From the NCBI GenBank assembly GCA_900754115.1, contig CAAEBM010000057.1, forward strand, positions 73,000-136,999: 64,000 nt of DNA, written 5' to 3'. The notes beneath the pieces were generated by a model, which was not told the DNA's origin, did no database searches, and saw only the letters and a list, made by a program, of their open reading frames with translations. The DNA comes from Bacilli bacterium. GTDB taxonomy: Bacteria > Bacillota_I > Bacilli_A > RFN20 > CAG-631. Both the position numbers and the translations under genes were made by a program. Positions 30,075 to 42,687 of this stretch are shown here, one piece after another (positions within the stretch are counted from its first letter, which is position 1; the number at the start of each line of letters is the position of its first letter).

Positions 30075-30197
30075 ATGGAATTTTTCAAAAAAATTTTTAA
30101 AAGAAAAGAAAAAAAGGTTGTAGAACAAAAAGAAACTGATTCTACAAAAACAGTAGAAAAGCCAACTGAAAACACTCCAAGTCAAAATACAAAATAG
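30075..30197 (+). CDS. small basic protein (40 aa), unknown
   Basis: MEFFKKIFKRKEKKVVEQKETDSTKTVEKPTENTPSQNTK. AAAGGAGAG RBS 7 nt upstream. A strong terminator follows immediately. Confidence 0.4.
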   Translation: MEFFKKIFKRKEKKVVEQKETDSTKTVEKPTENTPSQNTK

Positions 30198-30216
30198 CAA
30201 CAAAAGGAGAAAACAA

Positions 30217-30248
30217 AAAGAGTAGGACTCTCCTACTCTTCTTTTTTC
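30217..30248 (+). terminator. rho-independent terminator
   Basis: AGAGTAGGA-ctc-TCCTACTCT followed by a T-run. Confidence 0.65.
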
Positions 30249-30261
30249 TAAAAGGTGGTTT

Positions 30262-32385
30262 ATGGATTATCAACACAGTTTAAACGAACAACAATATCAA
30301 GCCGTCACATCACAAGATCAATACTTGAGGATTATTGCTGGTGCTGGAAGTGGAAAGACCAGAGTAATCACTTTTCGTATTGCTTATTTAATTGAAAAAC
30401 TCCATTATTTTCCAAATCAAATTTTAGCCATTACCTTTACGAATAAAGCCGCAGAAGAAATTAAATTACGCGTTCAAAAAATGTTAAATAATGATAAGCT
30501 TAATTTACGAATAGCAACGTTCCATTCTTTTTGTGCGCGCGTTTTGCGTCAAGAAATCAAACTTTTAGATTATCCTAGCACTTTTACCATTTTAGATGAA
30601 GAAGATCAAAAAAAGATTTTAAAAAAAATATTGGATGAAATGAATTTAGATAGTAAAAATTATTCGATTCGTTCCTTAATTGATTACATTGACTTTAAAA
30701 AAAATCATTGGGAAACTCCTACAAATTGCTTGCAATCCTTAGAAAATCCTTTAGAAGAAAATAAAGCACTCATCTATCAAAGTTATGAAAAACAACTAGA
30801 AAAAATGTATTATCTTGATTTCAATGATTTAATTTTAAAAACCATCACGATTTTTCAAACATTCCCTGATATTTTAAAAAAGTGGCAATCTTATTTTAAG
30901 CACATTTTGGTCGACGAATTTCAAGATGTGGATGACAACCAATATTTACTTTTAAAATTATTAGCAGGAAAAGAATGTGGCATTACAGTGGTTGGGGATC
31001 CTGACCAAACAATTTACACGTGGCGTGGAGCAAATATCAAAATTATTTTAGATTTTGATAAAGATTTTTTAAACGTCAAAACAATTCCATTAGAAGAAAA
31101 TTATCGTTCTAGCGCTAACATTTTAAAAGTGGCCAATCGATTAATTAAAAACAATACTAATCGTTTAGAAAAAAATTTGTTTACCTCTTCCAATGATGGT
31201 GAAGAAATTCATTTTTATCATGCAAATAGTAGTATTGAGGAAGCGCAATATATTGCCGATAATATTTTGACTTTATATGATGGAAATCAAGTTTGTTTTA
31301 AAGATTTTGCTGTTTTATATCGTTCTAATAGTCTAACTGCAGATTTAGAAAAAGTAATGGTAGAAAGGGGAATTCCTTACCAAATTTATGGTTCTTTACG
31401 TTTCTATCAAAGAAAAGAAATTAAAGATTGTATTGCTTATTTAAGATTAGCGTTTAATTTTAATGATGAAACGGCTTTTGAACGTTGTATTGCTACTCCT
31501 CGTAGAGGAATTGGTGAAAAAACAATAGAACAATTAAATGCGTTAGCAAATACAGAAAATCTTTCTTCGCTTACTTGTATTCTTCATCATCCTACTGATT
31601 TATCACAATCTGCTCATTTGCCTGCAAATACCACTAAAAAGTTATATTCATTTGCCCAATCGATTGCAAAACTTCATGATGATATCTTATTAGAGCCAAA
31701 AAATGCAGACAATGTTTTTTATGACTATTTAAAAGATAATGGATATATTGATGAATTACTTGTAACCCAGCAAGATGACCGGTTAGATAATATCAAAGTC
31801 TTTATAGAACAACTCGGGCAATATCTGAAAAATGAAAATGTAAATATCCAAGAATTTATCCAAGAATTAGCTCTTTATTCTTCTCAAGACGATATGAAAA
31901 ATGGCGAACAAAAAGATTTTGTTTCTTTAATGACCATTCACACTTCAAAAGGATTAGAGTTTGACAATGTCTTTATTTTTGGTTTAATTGATGGCATCTT
32001 TCCCTCTTCACGAGCGATTATGGAAAAAGTTGATGGACTAGAAGAGGAACGTAGAATTTTTTATGTTGCCCTAACTCGTGCAAGAAAAAGATTGTTTTTA
32101 ACAGATAGTGGTGGGTATAATTATACAGGTGTAAAATATCCTTCTCGTTTTTTAAATGAAATTAAAGAAACAGCGAGAAAAACTAGTTTTAAAATTCAAA
32201 ATGATAGTGCTACTTCCTTTTCACCAACCAAAATTCGCAATGGAAATATTATCGAACACCAAATATTTGGTGAAGGAATTGTCATTTCTGAACAAAATGG
32301 CCTCATTGATGTCGTTTTTCATGATCCAAAAGTAGGAAGAAAAAAACTAGTAGCCAATTATCCTTTAATCACAATCAAACATTAA
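30262..32385 (+). CDS. pcrA: ATP-dependent DNA helicase PcrA (UvrD family)
   Basis: AGAGSGKTRVIT Walker A. UvrD-family motifs. Followed by ligA as in Bacillus. Confidence 0.9.
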   Translation: MDYQHSLNEQQYQAVTSQDQYLRIIAGAGSGKTRVITFRIAYLIEKLHYFPNQILAITFTNKAAEEIKLRVQKMLNNDKLNLRIATFHSFCARVLRQEIKLLDYPSTFTILDEEDQKKILKKILDEMNLDSKNYSIRSLIDYIDFKKNHWETPTNCLQSLENPLEENKALIYQSYEKQLEKMYYLDFNDLILKTITIFQTFPDILKKWQSYFKHILVDEFQDVDDNQYLLLKLLAGKECGITVVGDPDQTIYTWRGANIKIILDFDKDFLNVKTIPLEENYRSSANILKVANRLIKNNTNRLEKNLFTSSNDGEEIHFYHANSSIEEAQYIADNILTLYDGNQVCFKDFAVLYRSNSLTADLEKVMVERGIPYQIYGSLRFYQRKEIKDCIAYLRLAFNFNDETAFERCIATPRRGIGEKTIEQLNALANTENLSSLTCILHHPTDLSQSAHLPANTTKKLYSFAQSIAKLHDDILLEPKNADNVFYDYLKDNGYIDELLVTQQDDRLDNIKVFIEQLGQYLKNENVNIQEFIQELALYSSQDDMKNGEQKDFVSLMTIHTSKGLEFDNVFIFGLIDGIFPSSRAIMEKVDGLEEERRIFYVALTRARKRLFLTDSGGYNYTGVKYPSRFLNEIKETARKTSFKIQNDSATSFSPTKIRNGNIIEHQIFGEGIVISEQNGLIDVVFHDPKVGRKKLVANYPLITIKH

Positions 32386-32397
32386 AAGGGGAAATAA

Positions 32398-34431
<2,034 letters not shown>

Positions 34432-34466
34432 TAAAAAAAAACTTCATTTTAAAGTGAAGTTTTTTA
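34432..34466. terminator. bidirectional terminator between ligA and hflX
   Basis: AAAAAAAAACTTCATTTTAAAGTGAAGTTTTTT. Confidence 0.55.
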
Positions 34467-35715
34467 ATTTTTATGGTCTAGCCAAACGTGATCTAAATAT
34501 TTTTTATAATCTTTGATACTACATTCTAGTTCAATTAAGATTCCTGTTTCTGAATATTCTTTTTTTAAAATATGAGCATGTTCATTAAGATAAGATAAAA
34601 GACTGCCCTCTTTATAAGTAAAAAACATTTTACATTTTAAATAATCTTTAAATAATTCTTTTTTCATGTGTTGGATTAAAACATTCATGTTAATGCGATT
34701 TTTAGCGGATATGAAGACATGATTTTCTTTTGTTTCCAAGGTTTCAAACCCTAATCGTTCGGCTTTATTATAAACATAAATCATAGGAATTTTAGGATTG
34801 ACACCAATATCTAATAAAGTTTGATTAGTCACCATCATTTGTCTTAAAAACATCGGATTAGAAAAATCTAATACATGCAAAATCAAATCTGCATGCAATA
34901 CTTCTTCTAAAGTAGAACGAAATGCTTTTACTAATCCCACTGGAAGTTTAGAGATAAATCCTACCGTATCACATAGTAAAAATTCTTTATTATCTTCTAA
35001 TTTTATGTGACGAATAGACGTATCTAAAGTAGCAAAAAGCATATCTTTTTCCATGACATATTTTTTTTCATTTTTTTGGTATCGTTCTAAAAACGCATTC
35101 ATTAAAGTCGATTTCCCTGCATTGGTATAGCCAACAATAGCAACTAAAGGAAGCGCATTTTTTTGACGATTTTGTCTTTGAGTCTGCCGATTCTTTTCTA
35201 ATTCTATTAAATCTTTATTTAATTGTGCAATTTTTAATGAGTCGCTTGTTTAATTCAAGTTGCTTTTCGCCACTTCCTCTCGTTTTAGCACTTCCACCTG
35301 TTTGTTGTTCATAATTGGCATCTTGTAAAACTAATCGAGGAAGTAAATAAGAAAGGCGTGCAACTTCTACTTGTAATTTCGCTTCTTTTGTTTTTGCTCT
35401 TTTCGCAAAAATATTTAAAATTAATTGCGTGCGATCTAAAACTGCACATTGCAATTCATCTTCTAAATTTTTTTGTTGCAAAGGGGTTAAATCATTATTG
35501 AATATAATCCCATCACTTTGATGTTCTGCAATCATCGACTTTAAAATGGGTAATTTCCCACTTCCCATATAATATTTTTTATTAATCGATTTTAAATTTT
35601 GTGTTAAAGTTCCCACTACTTGATAATGACAAGCACTAGCTAATCCTTTCAATTCAATAAAGGATTCTTCAAAATCTTCTTCTTGAATATCAATACCCAC
35701 TAAAATGACTTTCAT
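34464..35715 (-). pseudogene. hflX: GTPase HflX interrupted by a frameshift (N-terminal domain ORF 35215-35715 plus GTPase domain ORF 34464-35102 and its open upstream extension)
   Basis: The upstream ORF carries the HflX N-domain (KLQVEVARLSYLLPRL...GGSAKTRGSGEKQLELNKRLIK). The downstream frame continues with IAQLNKDLIELEKNRQTQRQNRQKNALPLVAIVGYTNAGKSTLMNAF..DTVGF..NKAE. The frames switch in a T5/A5 homopolymer at 35231-35235. Confidence 0.7.
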
Positions 35716-35802
35716 AACATCACCTCTATTATCTTACCACAAAATGGCAATTTTGCATATCTTTCTTATTTATAAGCAAATTAAGGGTAAGGGTGAAATC
35801 AA

Positions 35803-36345
35803 ATGAAAGTAAAAAAATTTTTTATCTTAGGAATCTTTATTATTTTTGGTTTGACAACCTTAAATCATTTTTTGTTTAAATGGACCAATTATTCTCCATT
35901 TTTTGCCTTTTTAGCACCAATCAACGAAAGTTTATTTCAACATGCAAAAATGTTTTTTTATCCCATCGTTTTATATTATTTTGGTGTTTATATTCTTTTT
36001 TCTAACAAATATCAATTGAATTTTAAAACGTGGTTCTTTTTACCCATTCTTGTCTTTTTAGTCACCTTTGTTACCGTCTTTGGTTCTTATTATTTCTTCT
36101 TACGAGTCTTTAATATCGAATCCATGATTGTTGACATTGCAAGTTTATTTATTGGTCTTGTTATCGGCAATTTATTATCTTTGCGATTATATCAAAAAGA
36201 GAGTGCATTTTTGCTCTCTCCTTCCGTTTGTTTTTTAACAATCTTTTGTTTATCTATCATTTTTACTTCTTGGACAACTAAACCACCAAAAGAAGAATTT
36301 TTCTACGATTTTGAACATCAAACTTATCAACGAAGTTATGATTAA
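35803..36345 (+). CDS. polytopic membrane protein, unknown function
   Basis: 180-aa ORF with 5-6 hydrophobic helices. Confidence 0.45.
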   Translation: MKVKKFFILGIFIIFGLTTLNHFLFKWTNYSPFFAFLAPINESLFQHAKMFFYPIVLYYFGVYILFSNKYQLNFKTWFFLPILVFLVTFVTVFGSYYFFLRVFNIESMIVDIASLFIGLVIGNLLSLRLYQKESAFLLSPSVCFLTIFCLSIIFTSWTTKPPKEEFFYDFEHQTYQRSYD

Positions 36346-38996
36346 GAAAGCTTTTGCTTTCTTTTTATTTTTTTAAATAAGGCTAAAAGTTCATGAACAA
36401 CAAGGGGTATCATAGAAAAGAAAGTAATGATAATCCAATCAGAAAATGCCAAATGAGTTGTTTTAAAAGCATTGTTTAAAAAGGGAATTTCCGTCACTAA
36501 AATTTGAATAAAGTAACCTAATACAAAAGATACAATCAATAATTTATTTTGAAATAAACGATGGTCAAATGCAGAATTTTCCATGTTTTTCATGCCAATA
36601 CTATGAAATAACTGACTGAGCGCTAAAGTACAAAAAGCATAAGTTTGCGCCTTTTTTAAAATCGTAGGATCTTTTAAGGTTTGTAAAATATTGAGGTAGG
36701 TGATTGGTGTATGTTGACTCAATAAATGATAAATTGGCACAATCAAGTAAGCATCTAAAGAAACAAAACCAATGACTAAACCATACAAAATAAGAATTTT
36801 CATTCCACCATGAGCAAATAAAGATTCTTTGGCATTTCTTGGTTTTTGATGCATTAATGTATTTCCATTATCATCTTGTCCTAAGGCTAAAGCTGGAAAA
36901 GAATCGGTTAATAAGTTTACCCACAAAATATGAATAGCTAATAAAGGAATCGGTAAATTCAATAAAATTCCTAAAAACATGGTTAAGATTTCACCAATAT
37001 TACTCGACAATAAAAATAGCAATGATTTTTTAATATTAGTATAAATTCCTCTTCCTTCTTGTACTGCTTTTTCTATAGAAGCAAAGTTATCATCACTAAG
37101 AACCATATCTGCTGCTTCTTTAGCGACATCTGTTCCACTAATTCCCATAGCAATTCCAATATCGGCTGCTTTTAAACTAGGAGCATCATTGACACCATCG
37201 CCAGTCATTGCCACGATATTTCCTTTTTCTTTTAAAGCTTTTACAATCTTTACTTTATGTTCTGGACTAACTCGAGAAAATACTCGGTATTGTTGGATTT
37301 GATTGGAAAGTGTTTGCTCACTGATTTGATCTAACTCTTCACCACTGATACATTCTTTTTCATCATTGACAATATCTAGTTCTTTTGCAATGGCAAAAGC
37401 GGTATTTTTATGATCTCCAGTGATCATCATCGTTTGTATTCCTGCCTGTTTTAAGTCTTGAATTGCTTGAATCGCTTCTTTTCTTGGAGGATCAATCATT
37501 CCAACAAGACCAACAAAAATAAGATTTTTTTCTTCAATCGTTTGCGTTGGTTTATAAGCTAAAGCTAATATTCGCATGGCTTGTTTAGCCATTTTTTCTC
37601 CTTGTAGTAACACTTCTTTTTTTTCTAATTCATTAAAGGGCAAAATGGCATCGTTAACTCTTTGATAAGAACAACAAGGTAGCAGTCGATCCAAAGCACC
37701 TTTACAAAACTGAATTTTTTGACCATTTACTTGATGCAAAGTAGACATCATTTTGCGATGACTATCAAATGGGAGTTCTTGAATTCGTGGATATTTCCTA
37801 TCAATTTCTTCTTTGTTGAGATTTAACTTTTCTGCCATTACTAATAATGCGATTTCGGTTGGGTCTCCTAAATATTGATTTTTATCAAAAAAAGCATCAT
37901 TACATAATCCCATTCCTAAAGATAAAAAATATAGTTCTGGTCGATTAAAATCTTGATATTGTTGATGATTTTGATATGCTTGAACAACGGTCATTTTATT
38001 TTGTGTTAAAGTCCCTGTTTTATCTGAGCAGATAATATTGACTGCTCCTAAGGTTTCTACGCTGTGTAATTTTCGCACAATGGTGTTTACCTTTACCATT
38101 TTTTGAACGCCAATGGATAAAACAATTGTAACTACTGCTGGCAATCCTTCTGGAATTGCAGCAACTGCTAAAGAAATTGAAGTTATTAGCATTTCTATTA
38201 CATTTCTTTTTTGAATCAATGCCACGATTAATAAAAGAAAACAAATGGATATCGCAATGATTCCTAATATTTTTCCAAGTTCTCCTAATTTTTTTTGCAA
38301 AGGAGTTAAAGTTTCTTTTTCTTCACTTAACATCTTTGCAATCTTACCAATTTGGGTATTCATACCAATATGAGTAACAATTCCTTCTCCTTTTCCATAA
38401 GCGACATTTGTTGACATAAATGCCATATTCTTTTGGTCACCAAGAGAAGTATTGGGCTTTAAAATAAGTTCAGCATTTTTTTCAACGGGTAAAGATTCTC
38501 CGGTTAATGAAGATTCATCAATTTTTAAATTGCTGGTTTTGATTAATCGTAAATCAGCAGGAACTTGTCTTCCCGTCTCTAAAATGACAACATCTCCAAC
38601 CACTAAATCTTTAGCTGGAATTTCAACAACCGTTTGATTTCTTTTGACTAAACAATGAGGAGCAGACATCTTTTTTAATTCTTCTAGTGCTTTTTCAGCC
38701 TTGCATTCTTCAATACTTCCAATAATTGCATTTAAGATGACCACACTTAAAATAATCATCGCATCGACAATTTCTTTTAAAAAAATAGAAATGAGAAAAG
38801 CAATCCCTAAAATATAAATTAAAGGATCTGTCAGTTGAGATAAAAAAACAAAAATCCAACTTTTCCTTTTCTTTTCTTCTAATTGATTTTTGTGGGTACT
38901 ACTTGTTTTTTGTAAAACTTGTTGTGTCGTTAAACCAGTTGTAAGATTTGTATTTAACTTTTTTTCCGTTTCTTTAATGGAATCTTGATAGTACAT
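36342..38996 (-). CDS. P-type cation-transporting ATPase (Ca2+-ATPase, P2A/YloB-like)
   Basis: ICSDKTGTLTQNKMTV phosphorylation site, TGDHKNTA, MTGDGVNDAPSLKAADIGIAMG. 884 aa. Confidence 0.85.
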   Translation of the reverse strand: MYYQDSIKETEKKLNTNLTTGLTTQQVLQKTSSTHKNQLEEKKRKSWIFVFLSQLTDPLIYILGIAFLISIFLKEIVDAMIILSVVILNAIIGSIEECKAEKALEELKKMSAPHCLVKRNQTVVEIPAKDLVVGDVVILETGRQVPADLRLIKTSNLKIDESSLTGESLPVEKNAELILKPNTSLGDQKNMAFMSTNVAYGKGEGIVTHIGMNTQIGKIAKMLSEEKETLTPLQKKLGELGKILGIIAISICFLLLIVALIQKRNVIEMLITSISLAVAAIPEGLPAVVTIVLSIGVQKMVKVNTIVRKLHSVETLGAVNIICSDKTGTLTQNKMTVVQAYQNHQQYQDFNRPELYFLSLGMGLCNDAFFDKNQYLGDPTEIALLVMAEKLNLNKEEIDRKYPRIQELPFDSHRKMMSTLHQVNGQKIQFCKGALDRLLPCCSYQRVNDAILPFNELEKKEVLLQGEKMAKQAMRILALAYKPTQTIEEKNLIFVGLVGMIDPPRKEAIQAIQDLKQAGIQTMMITGDHKNTAFAIAKELDIVNDEKECISGEELDQISEQTLSNQIQQYRVFSRVSPEHKVKIVKALKEKGNIVAMTGDGVNDAPSLKAADIGIAMGISGTDVAKEAADMVLSDDNFASIEKAVQEGRGIYTNIKKSLLFLLSSNIGEILTMFLGILLNLPIPLLAIHILWVNLLTDSFPALALGQDDNGNTLMHQKPRNAKESLFAHGGMKILILYGLVIGFVSLDAYLIVPIYHLLSQHTPITYLNILQTLKDPTILKKAQTYAFCTLALSQLFHSIGMKNMENSAFDHRLFQNKLLIVSFVLGYFIQILVTEIPFLNNAFKTTHLAFSDWIIITFFSMIPLVVHELLALFKKIKRKQKLS

Positions 38997-39133
38997 TTTT
39001 ATCCTCCCTTTATCCTTTATCTAATAAAATATATGAATGATTGAAGGGCAAATACCCTTTTTTTGCATCTTTCAAACAATTCTTTATATTTTTTTAAAAA
39101 ATTGATAAAATAGTAAATAGAGAGGTGAAAAGA

Positions 39134-40831
39134 ATGTTAAAATTTAGTGAATACGAGTATCACCCATTAGATATTCAAAAAATTACAAATGATTTAACGC
39201 AACTAATTGAAAAATTTAAAAATGCCAAAAGTGCACAACAACAATACGCACTTTTAAAAGAAATTAATCATTACCGAAGTGAAGTCGAAACGAATATGAG
39301 TTTAGCTAATGTTCGTTTTACCATTAATACAAAAGACTCTTACTATAAAAAGCAAAAACATCTCATTGATGAAATTGCCCCATCTTATCAAGCATTAGTC
39401 AATCAATTTTATCAAGCCTTATTAGAAAGTACTTATCGTGCAAGTCTTGAAAGAAATGCTGGGAAACTCATTTTTAAAATGGCAGAAGTCGCTTTAAAAG
39501 CGTTTGATGAAAGCATCATTGAAGATTTAGTAAAAGAAAATAAATTAACGACTCAATATGATGCTTTAATTGCATCTGCAAGAATTCGTTTCCAAGGAAA
39601 AACTTACAATTTATCTGAACTTTCTAAATTTATGCAATCCGATGTAAAAGCTACCCGTTCTGCTGCTTCTAAAGCACAATCAAAATGGTTTGAAAAACAT
39701 TTAGCAGAATTTGATGATATTTTCGACCAATTAGTGCATGTCCGTCACCAAATGGCAGTAAAATTAGGATATAAAAATTTCGTTCAACTCGGTTATTTAC
39801 GTTTAGGACGAGTAGATTATGATGCCAAAGACGTTGAAAATTATCGAAAACAAATTTACCGTTCTGTCGTTCCATTAAGTAAAAAATTATTTAAAAGACA
39901 AGCCAATAGATTACATTTTCGCACTATGAAATATTATGATTACAATTTACAATTTTTAAGTGGAAATGCAACTCCTCATGGTAATGCAAATGAATTGCTG
40001 CAATCTGCAAAACAAATGTATCGCGAAATGTCTAAAGAAACCGATGAATTTTTTACATTTATGTGCGATAGTGAACTTTTAGATTTACAAGCCAAAGCTA
40101 ATAAAGCGGCTGGAGGATATTGCACATCTTTCCCAACTTATCATGCTCCCTTTATTTTTGCGAATTTTAATGGTACTAGTGGAGATGTCGATGTCTTGAC
40201 TCACGAAGTGGGACATGCTTTCATGAATTATTGTTGTAAAGATGTCTCTTTGTTAGAGTATATGTGGCCAACTTATGAAGCTTGTGAAATTCATTCTATG
40301 AGCATGGAATTTTTTGCTTATCCTTGGATGGAATTGTTTTTTAAAAAAGATACAGAAAAATATAAATTTAGCCATTTAAGTAGTGCTGTCACCTTTTTAC
40401 CCTATGGTGCAGCGGTCGATGAATTTCAACATTACGTTTATGAAAATGTCGATATTACTCCTGCCCAAAGAAGAGCCAAATGGCGTGAAATTGAAAAAAA
40501 ATATTTACCTCACTTAAAGTATGGTAAAAACAAATTTTTAGAAGAAGGCGGAAAATGGATTCGTCAATCTCATATTTTTGATTCTCCATTCTATTATATT
40601 GACTATACTTTAGCACAAGTTTGTGCATTTCAGTTCTTTAATTTAATGAATCAAGATTATCAAAAAGCGTGGGACACTTATGTCAATCTATGTAAATTAG
40701 GGGGTAGTCAATCCTTCTTAAAACTGCTTAAAACCGTTCAATTACAAAATCCATTCAAATCTGGCTGTATTCGTAAAACTATCAAACCAATTGCTGAATA
40801 CTTAAACACTTTTGATGACTTTAATATGTAA
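39134..40831 (+). CDS. pepF: M3B family oligoendopeptidase (PepF-like)
   Basis: Zinc site HEVGHAFMNY. Length about 565 aa. AGAGAGG RBS before the ATG at 39134. Confidence 0.75.
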   Translation: MLKFSEYEYHPLDIQKITNDLTQLIEKFKNAKSAQQQYALLKEINHYRSEVETNMSLANVRFTINTKDSYYKKQKHLIDEIAPSYQALVNQFYQALLESTYRASLERNAGKLIFKMAEVALKAFDESIIEDLVKENKLTTQYDALIASARIRFQGKTYNLSELSKFMQSDVKATRSAASKAQSKWFEKHLAEFDDIFDQLVHVRHQMAVKLGYKNFVQLGYLRLGRVDYDAKDVENYRKQIYRSVVPLSKKLFKRQANRLHFRTMKYYDYNLQFLSGNATPHGNANELLQSAKQMYREMSKETDEFFTFMCDSELLDLQAKANKAAGGYCTSFPTYHAPFIFANFNGTSGDVDVLTHEVGHAFMNYCCKDVSLLEYMWPTYEACEIHSMSMEFFAYPWMELFFKKDTEKYKFSHLSSAVTFLPYGAAVDEFQHYVYENVDITPAQRRAKWREIEKKYLPHLKYGKNKFLEEGGKWIRQSHIFDSPFYYIDYTLAQVCAFQFFNLMNQDYQKAWDTYVNLCKLGGSQSFLKLLKTVQLQNPFKSGCIRKTIKPIAEYLNTFDDFNM

Positions 40832-40851
40832 TTTTTAGGGAGGAAACAACC

Positions 40852-42126
40852 ATGAAAGCAAAGGTCTATCCTTTAACTTTTCAAAAATCAATCAAAATGG
40901 AGATTCCCGCTTCTGCCAAAATGTTGCATTATGCAATTATTTGTGCCAGCATTGCTAAAGGGACTTCTGTTTTAAAAAATATCAATTATAATCGAAATGT
41001 TTTAGACACCATTGCTTGGTGTAAACAAATAGGTGCTTCCATTAAACAAGAAAAGAACCGATTAACGATTCATGGAGTAAATAATCAAATTCATTTAACT
41101 AACAATGTTTTTGAAACGAAAGCTTCTCGTTATACTTTTTTATATATGCTCCCTTTGCTATCTTTATCTAATCATCCGATTATTTTTAAAACACAAACTC
41201 CCTCCATTATTGAACAAGCTAATCCTTATAAATATATTTTTGAAAAGGAAAATCTTTATTATCATGTAGAAGGCAATACGATTAAATTAGAACAATCAAT
41301 TAAAAGTGGCTTTATTTATATTAATGGTCATGAAAATGCTTCTTTAATTTTAGGTTTACTTTTAGCTTTACCTTTATTAAGTACAGGCAGTAAAATTGTC
41401 GTTCGCGCTCCAGTGACAGAAAAAGAAGATATCGAACAATTCATTAATTTATTGAAAAAATTTGGAATTCATGTTTTATTTAATACCAGTAACCATACGA
41501 TTGAAATTTTACCTCATCAATGGTTCAAGGCCTATAGTTTTAAAATAGAAAGTGACTATTATATTCTCAGTTTATGTACTATTCTCACTGCATTTTCCGG
41601 AATTGTCAACTTTAGTCATGTTAATAAAAAATCGCAAGGAACGGACTTTTTATTACTACACCAATTAAAAGAATTCAATATTGATTGGAATAGTCGTCTA
41701 ACTTTAAATTCTAAAAAAAGAAAAGAACTTCAATTAGATAAAGTAGATGCTTCAGTTTATAAAAAAGTCTTCCCTTTACTAGTAATATTTGCTTTGTTTA
41801 ATAAAAAAGCGGTCACTTTTACTCATTTAGATACGCATGTCACCATCCAAAGACAATTAAAAATTTTGCTTCCGATTTTAGATACATTAGAAGTAGAATA
41901 CCAATACCATGAAAATGAATTAATTGTTTTTCCAAAACAAATTCAAGTTAAAAAGCAATTAGATTGTCAAAAAGATCCAGCGATTGCTATTGTATTATCG
42001 CTATTAGCAGTTATTGCAAAAGCTCCATTAATCATTAAAAATTGTCAATGTATTGACTATATTTTTGATGGTTTTTATCAACAAATTCAAAGTTTTGGTT
42101 CAATTGTTGAATTTATTCATGATTAA
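40852..42126 (+). CDS. enolpyruvate-transferase (EPSP synthase/MurA) fold protein, divergent and possibly non-catalytic
   Basis: The N-terminus MEIPASAKMLHYAIICASIAKGTSVLKNI aligns by eye with the LPGSKSxSNRxLxLAALAxGxTxxxN start of AroA/MurA. Length 424 aa. No GNSGT- or DHR-type downstream motifs were recognised. Confidence 0.4.
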   Translation: MKAKVYPLTFQKSIKMEIPASAKMLHYAIICASIAKGTSVLKNINYNRNVLDTIAWCKQIGASIKQEKNRLTIHGVNNQIHLTNNVFETKASRYTFLYMLPLLSLSNHPIIFKTQTPSIIEQANPYKYIFEKENLYYHVEGNTIKLEQSIKSGFIYINGHENASLILGLLLALPLLSTGSKIVVRAPVTEKEDIEQFINLLKKFGIHVLFNTSNHTIEILPHQWFKAYSFKIESDYYILSLCTILTAFSGIVNFSHVNKKSQGTDFLLLHQLKEFNIDWNSRLTLNSKKRKELQLDKVDASVYKKVFPLLVIFALFNKKAVTFTHLDTHVTIQRQLKILLPILDTLEVEYQYHENELIVFPKQIQVKKQLDCQKDPAIAIVLSLLAVIAKAPLIIKNCQCIDYIFDGFYQQIQSFGSIVEFIHD

Positions 42127-42152
42127 AAAAAGCATCGCAAGGATGCTTTTTT
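42127..42152. terminator. bidirectional terminator
   Basis: AAAAAAGCATC-gcaag-GATGCTTTTTT. Confidence 0.55.
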
Positions 42153-42156
42153 ATAT

Positions 42157-42687
42157 TTATGGATGAAATTTTTTTTGATAATCTTTGATAGATTGAGCAA
42201 TAATTTTAATGGCTTCTTCTTTTCCTAAAATTTCTTCCACGTGCGTTCTTTTTCCTTCTAACATTTTATAAACATTATAAAAATGCGTGATTTCATCAAA
42301 CAAATGTGTGGGCAATTCACTGATGTCATGATATCCATTCCAAAAAGGATCGTGACTAGCTATTGCAATAATTTTTTCATCCACTTCATCTTGGTCAATC
42401 ATTTTAACGACACCAATAGGATAGCATTCCACTAAGGTCATTGGCACAATCGCTCCTTGGCATAAAACTAAAACATCTAGTGGATCATGATCTCCTCCAT
42501 AAGTCAAAGGGATAAAGCCATAATTTGCTGGATAATGAGTTGCCGTGTGTAATACTCGATCTAAAATTAATGCCCCTGTTTCTTTATCCAACTCATATTT
42601 CATTTTGCTTTCTTTTGTAATTTCGATGCAAGCAATAAATTTTTCAGGATGAATTCTTTCTTTAGAGACACCATGCCATAAGTTCAT
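42157..42687 (-). CDS. ppa: inorganic pyrophosphatase (family I)
   Basis: GDHDPLDVLVL and the ESKMKYELDKE region. 176 aa. Confidence 0.85.
   Translation of the reverse strand: MNLWHGVSKERIHPEKFIACIEITKESKMKYELDKETGALILDRVLHTATHYPANYGFIPLTYGGDHDPLDVLVLCQGAIVPMTLVECYPIGVVKMIDQDEVDEKIIAIASHDPFWNGYHDISELPTHLFDEITHFYNVYKMLEGKRTHVEEILGKEEAIKIIAQSIKDYQKKFHP

Noticed and set aside
38997-39133. GAAGGGCAAATACCCTTTTTTT hairpin on the plus strand upstream of pepF
   Set aside because: It could be a leader attenuator, but no upstream plus-strand gene or regulatory motif supports that. It is short and may be coincidental in AT-rich DNA.
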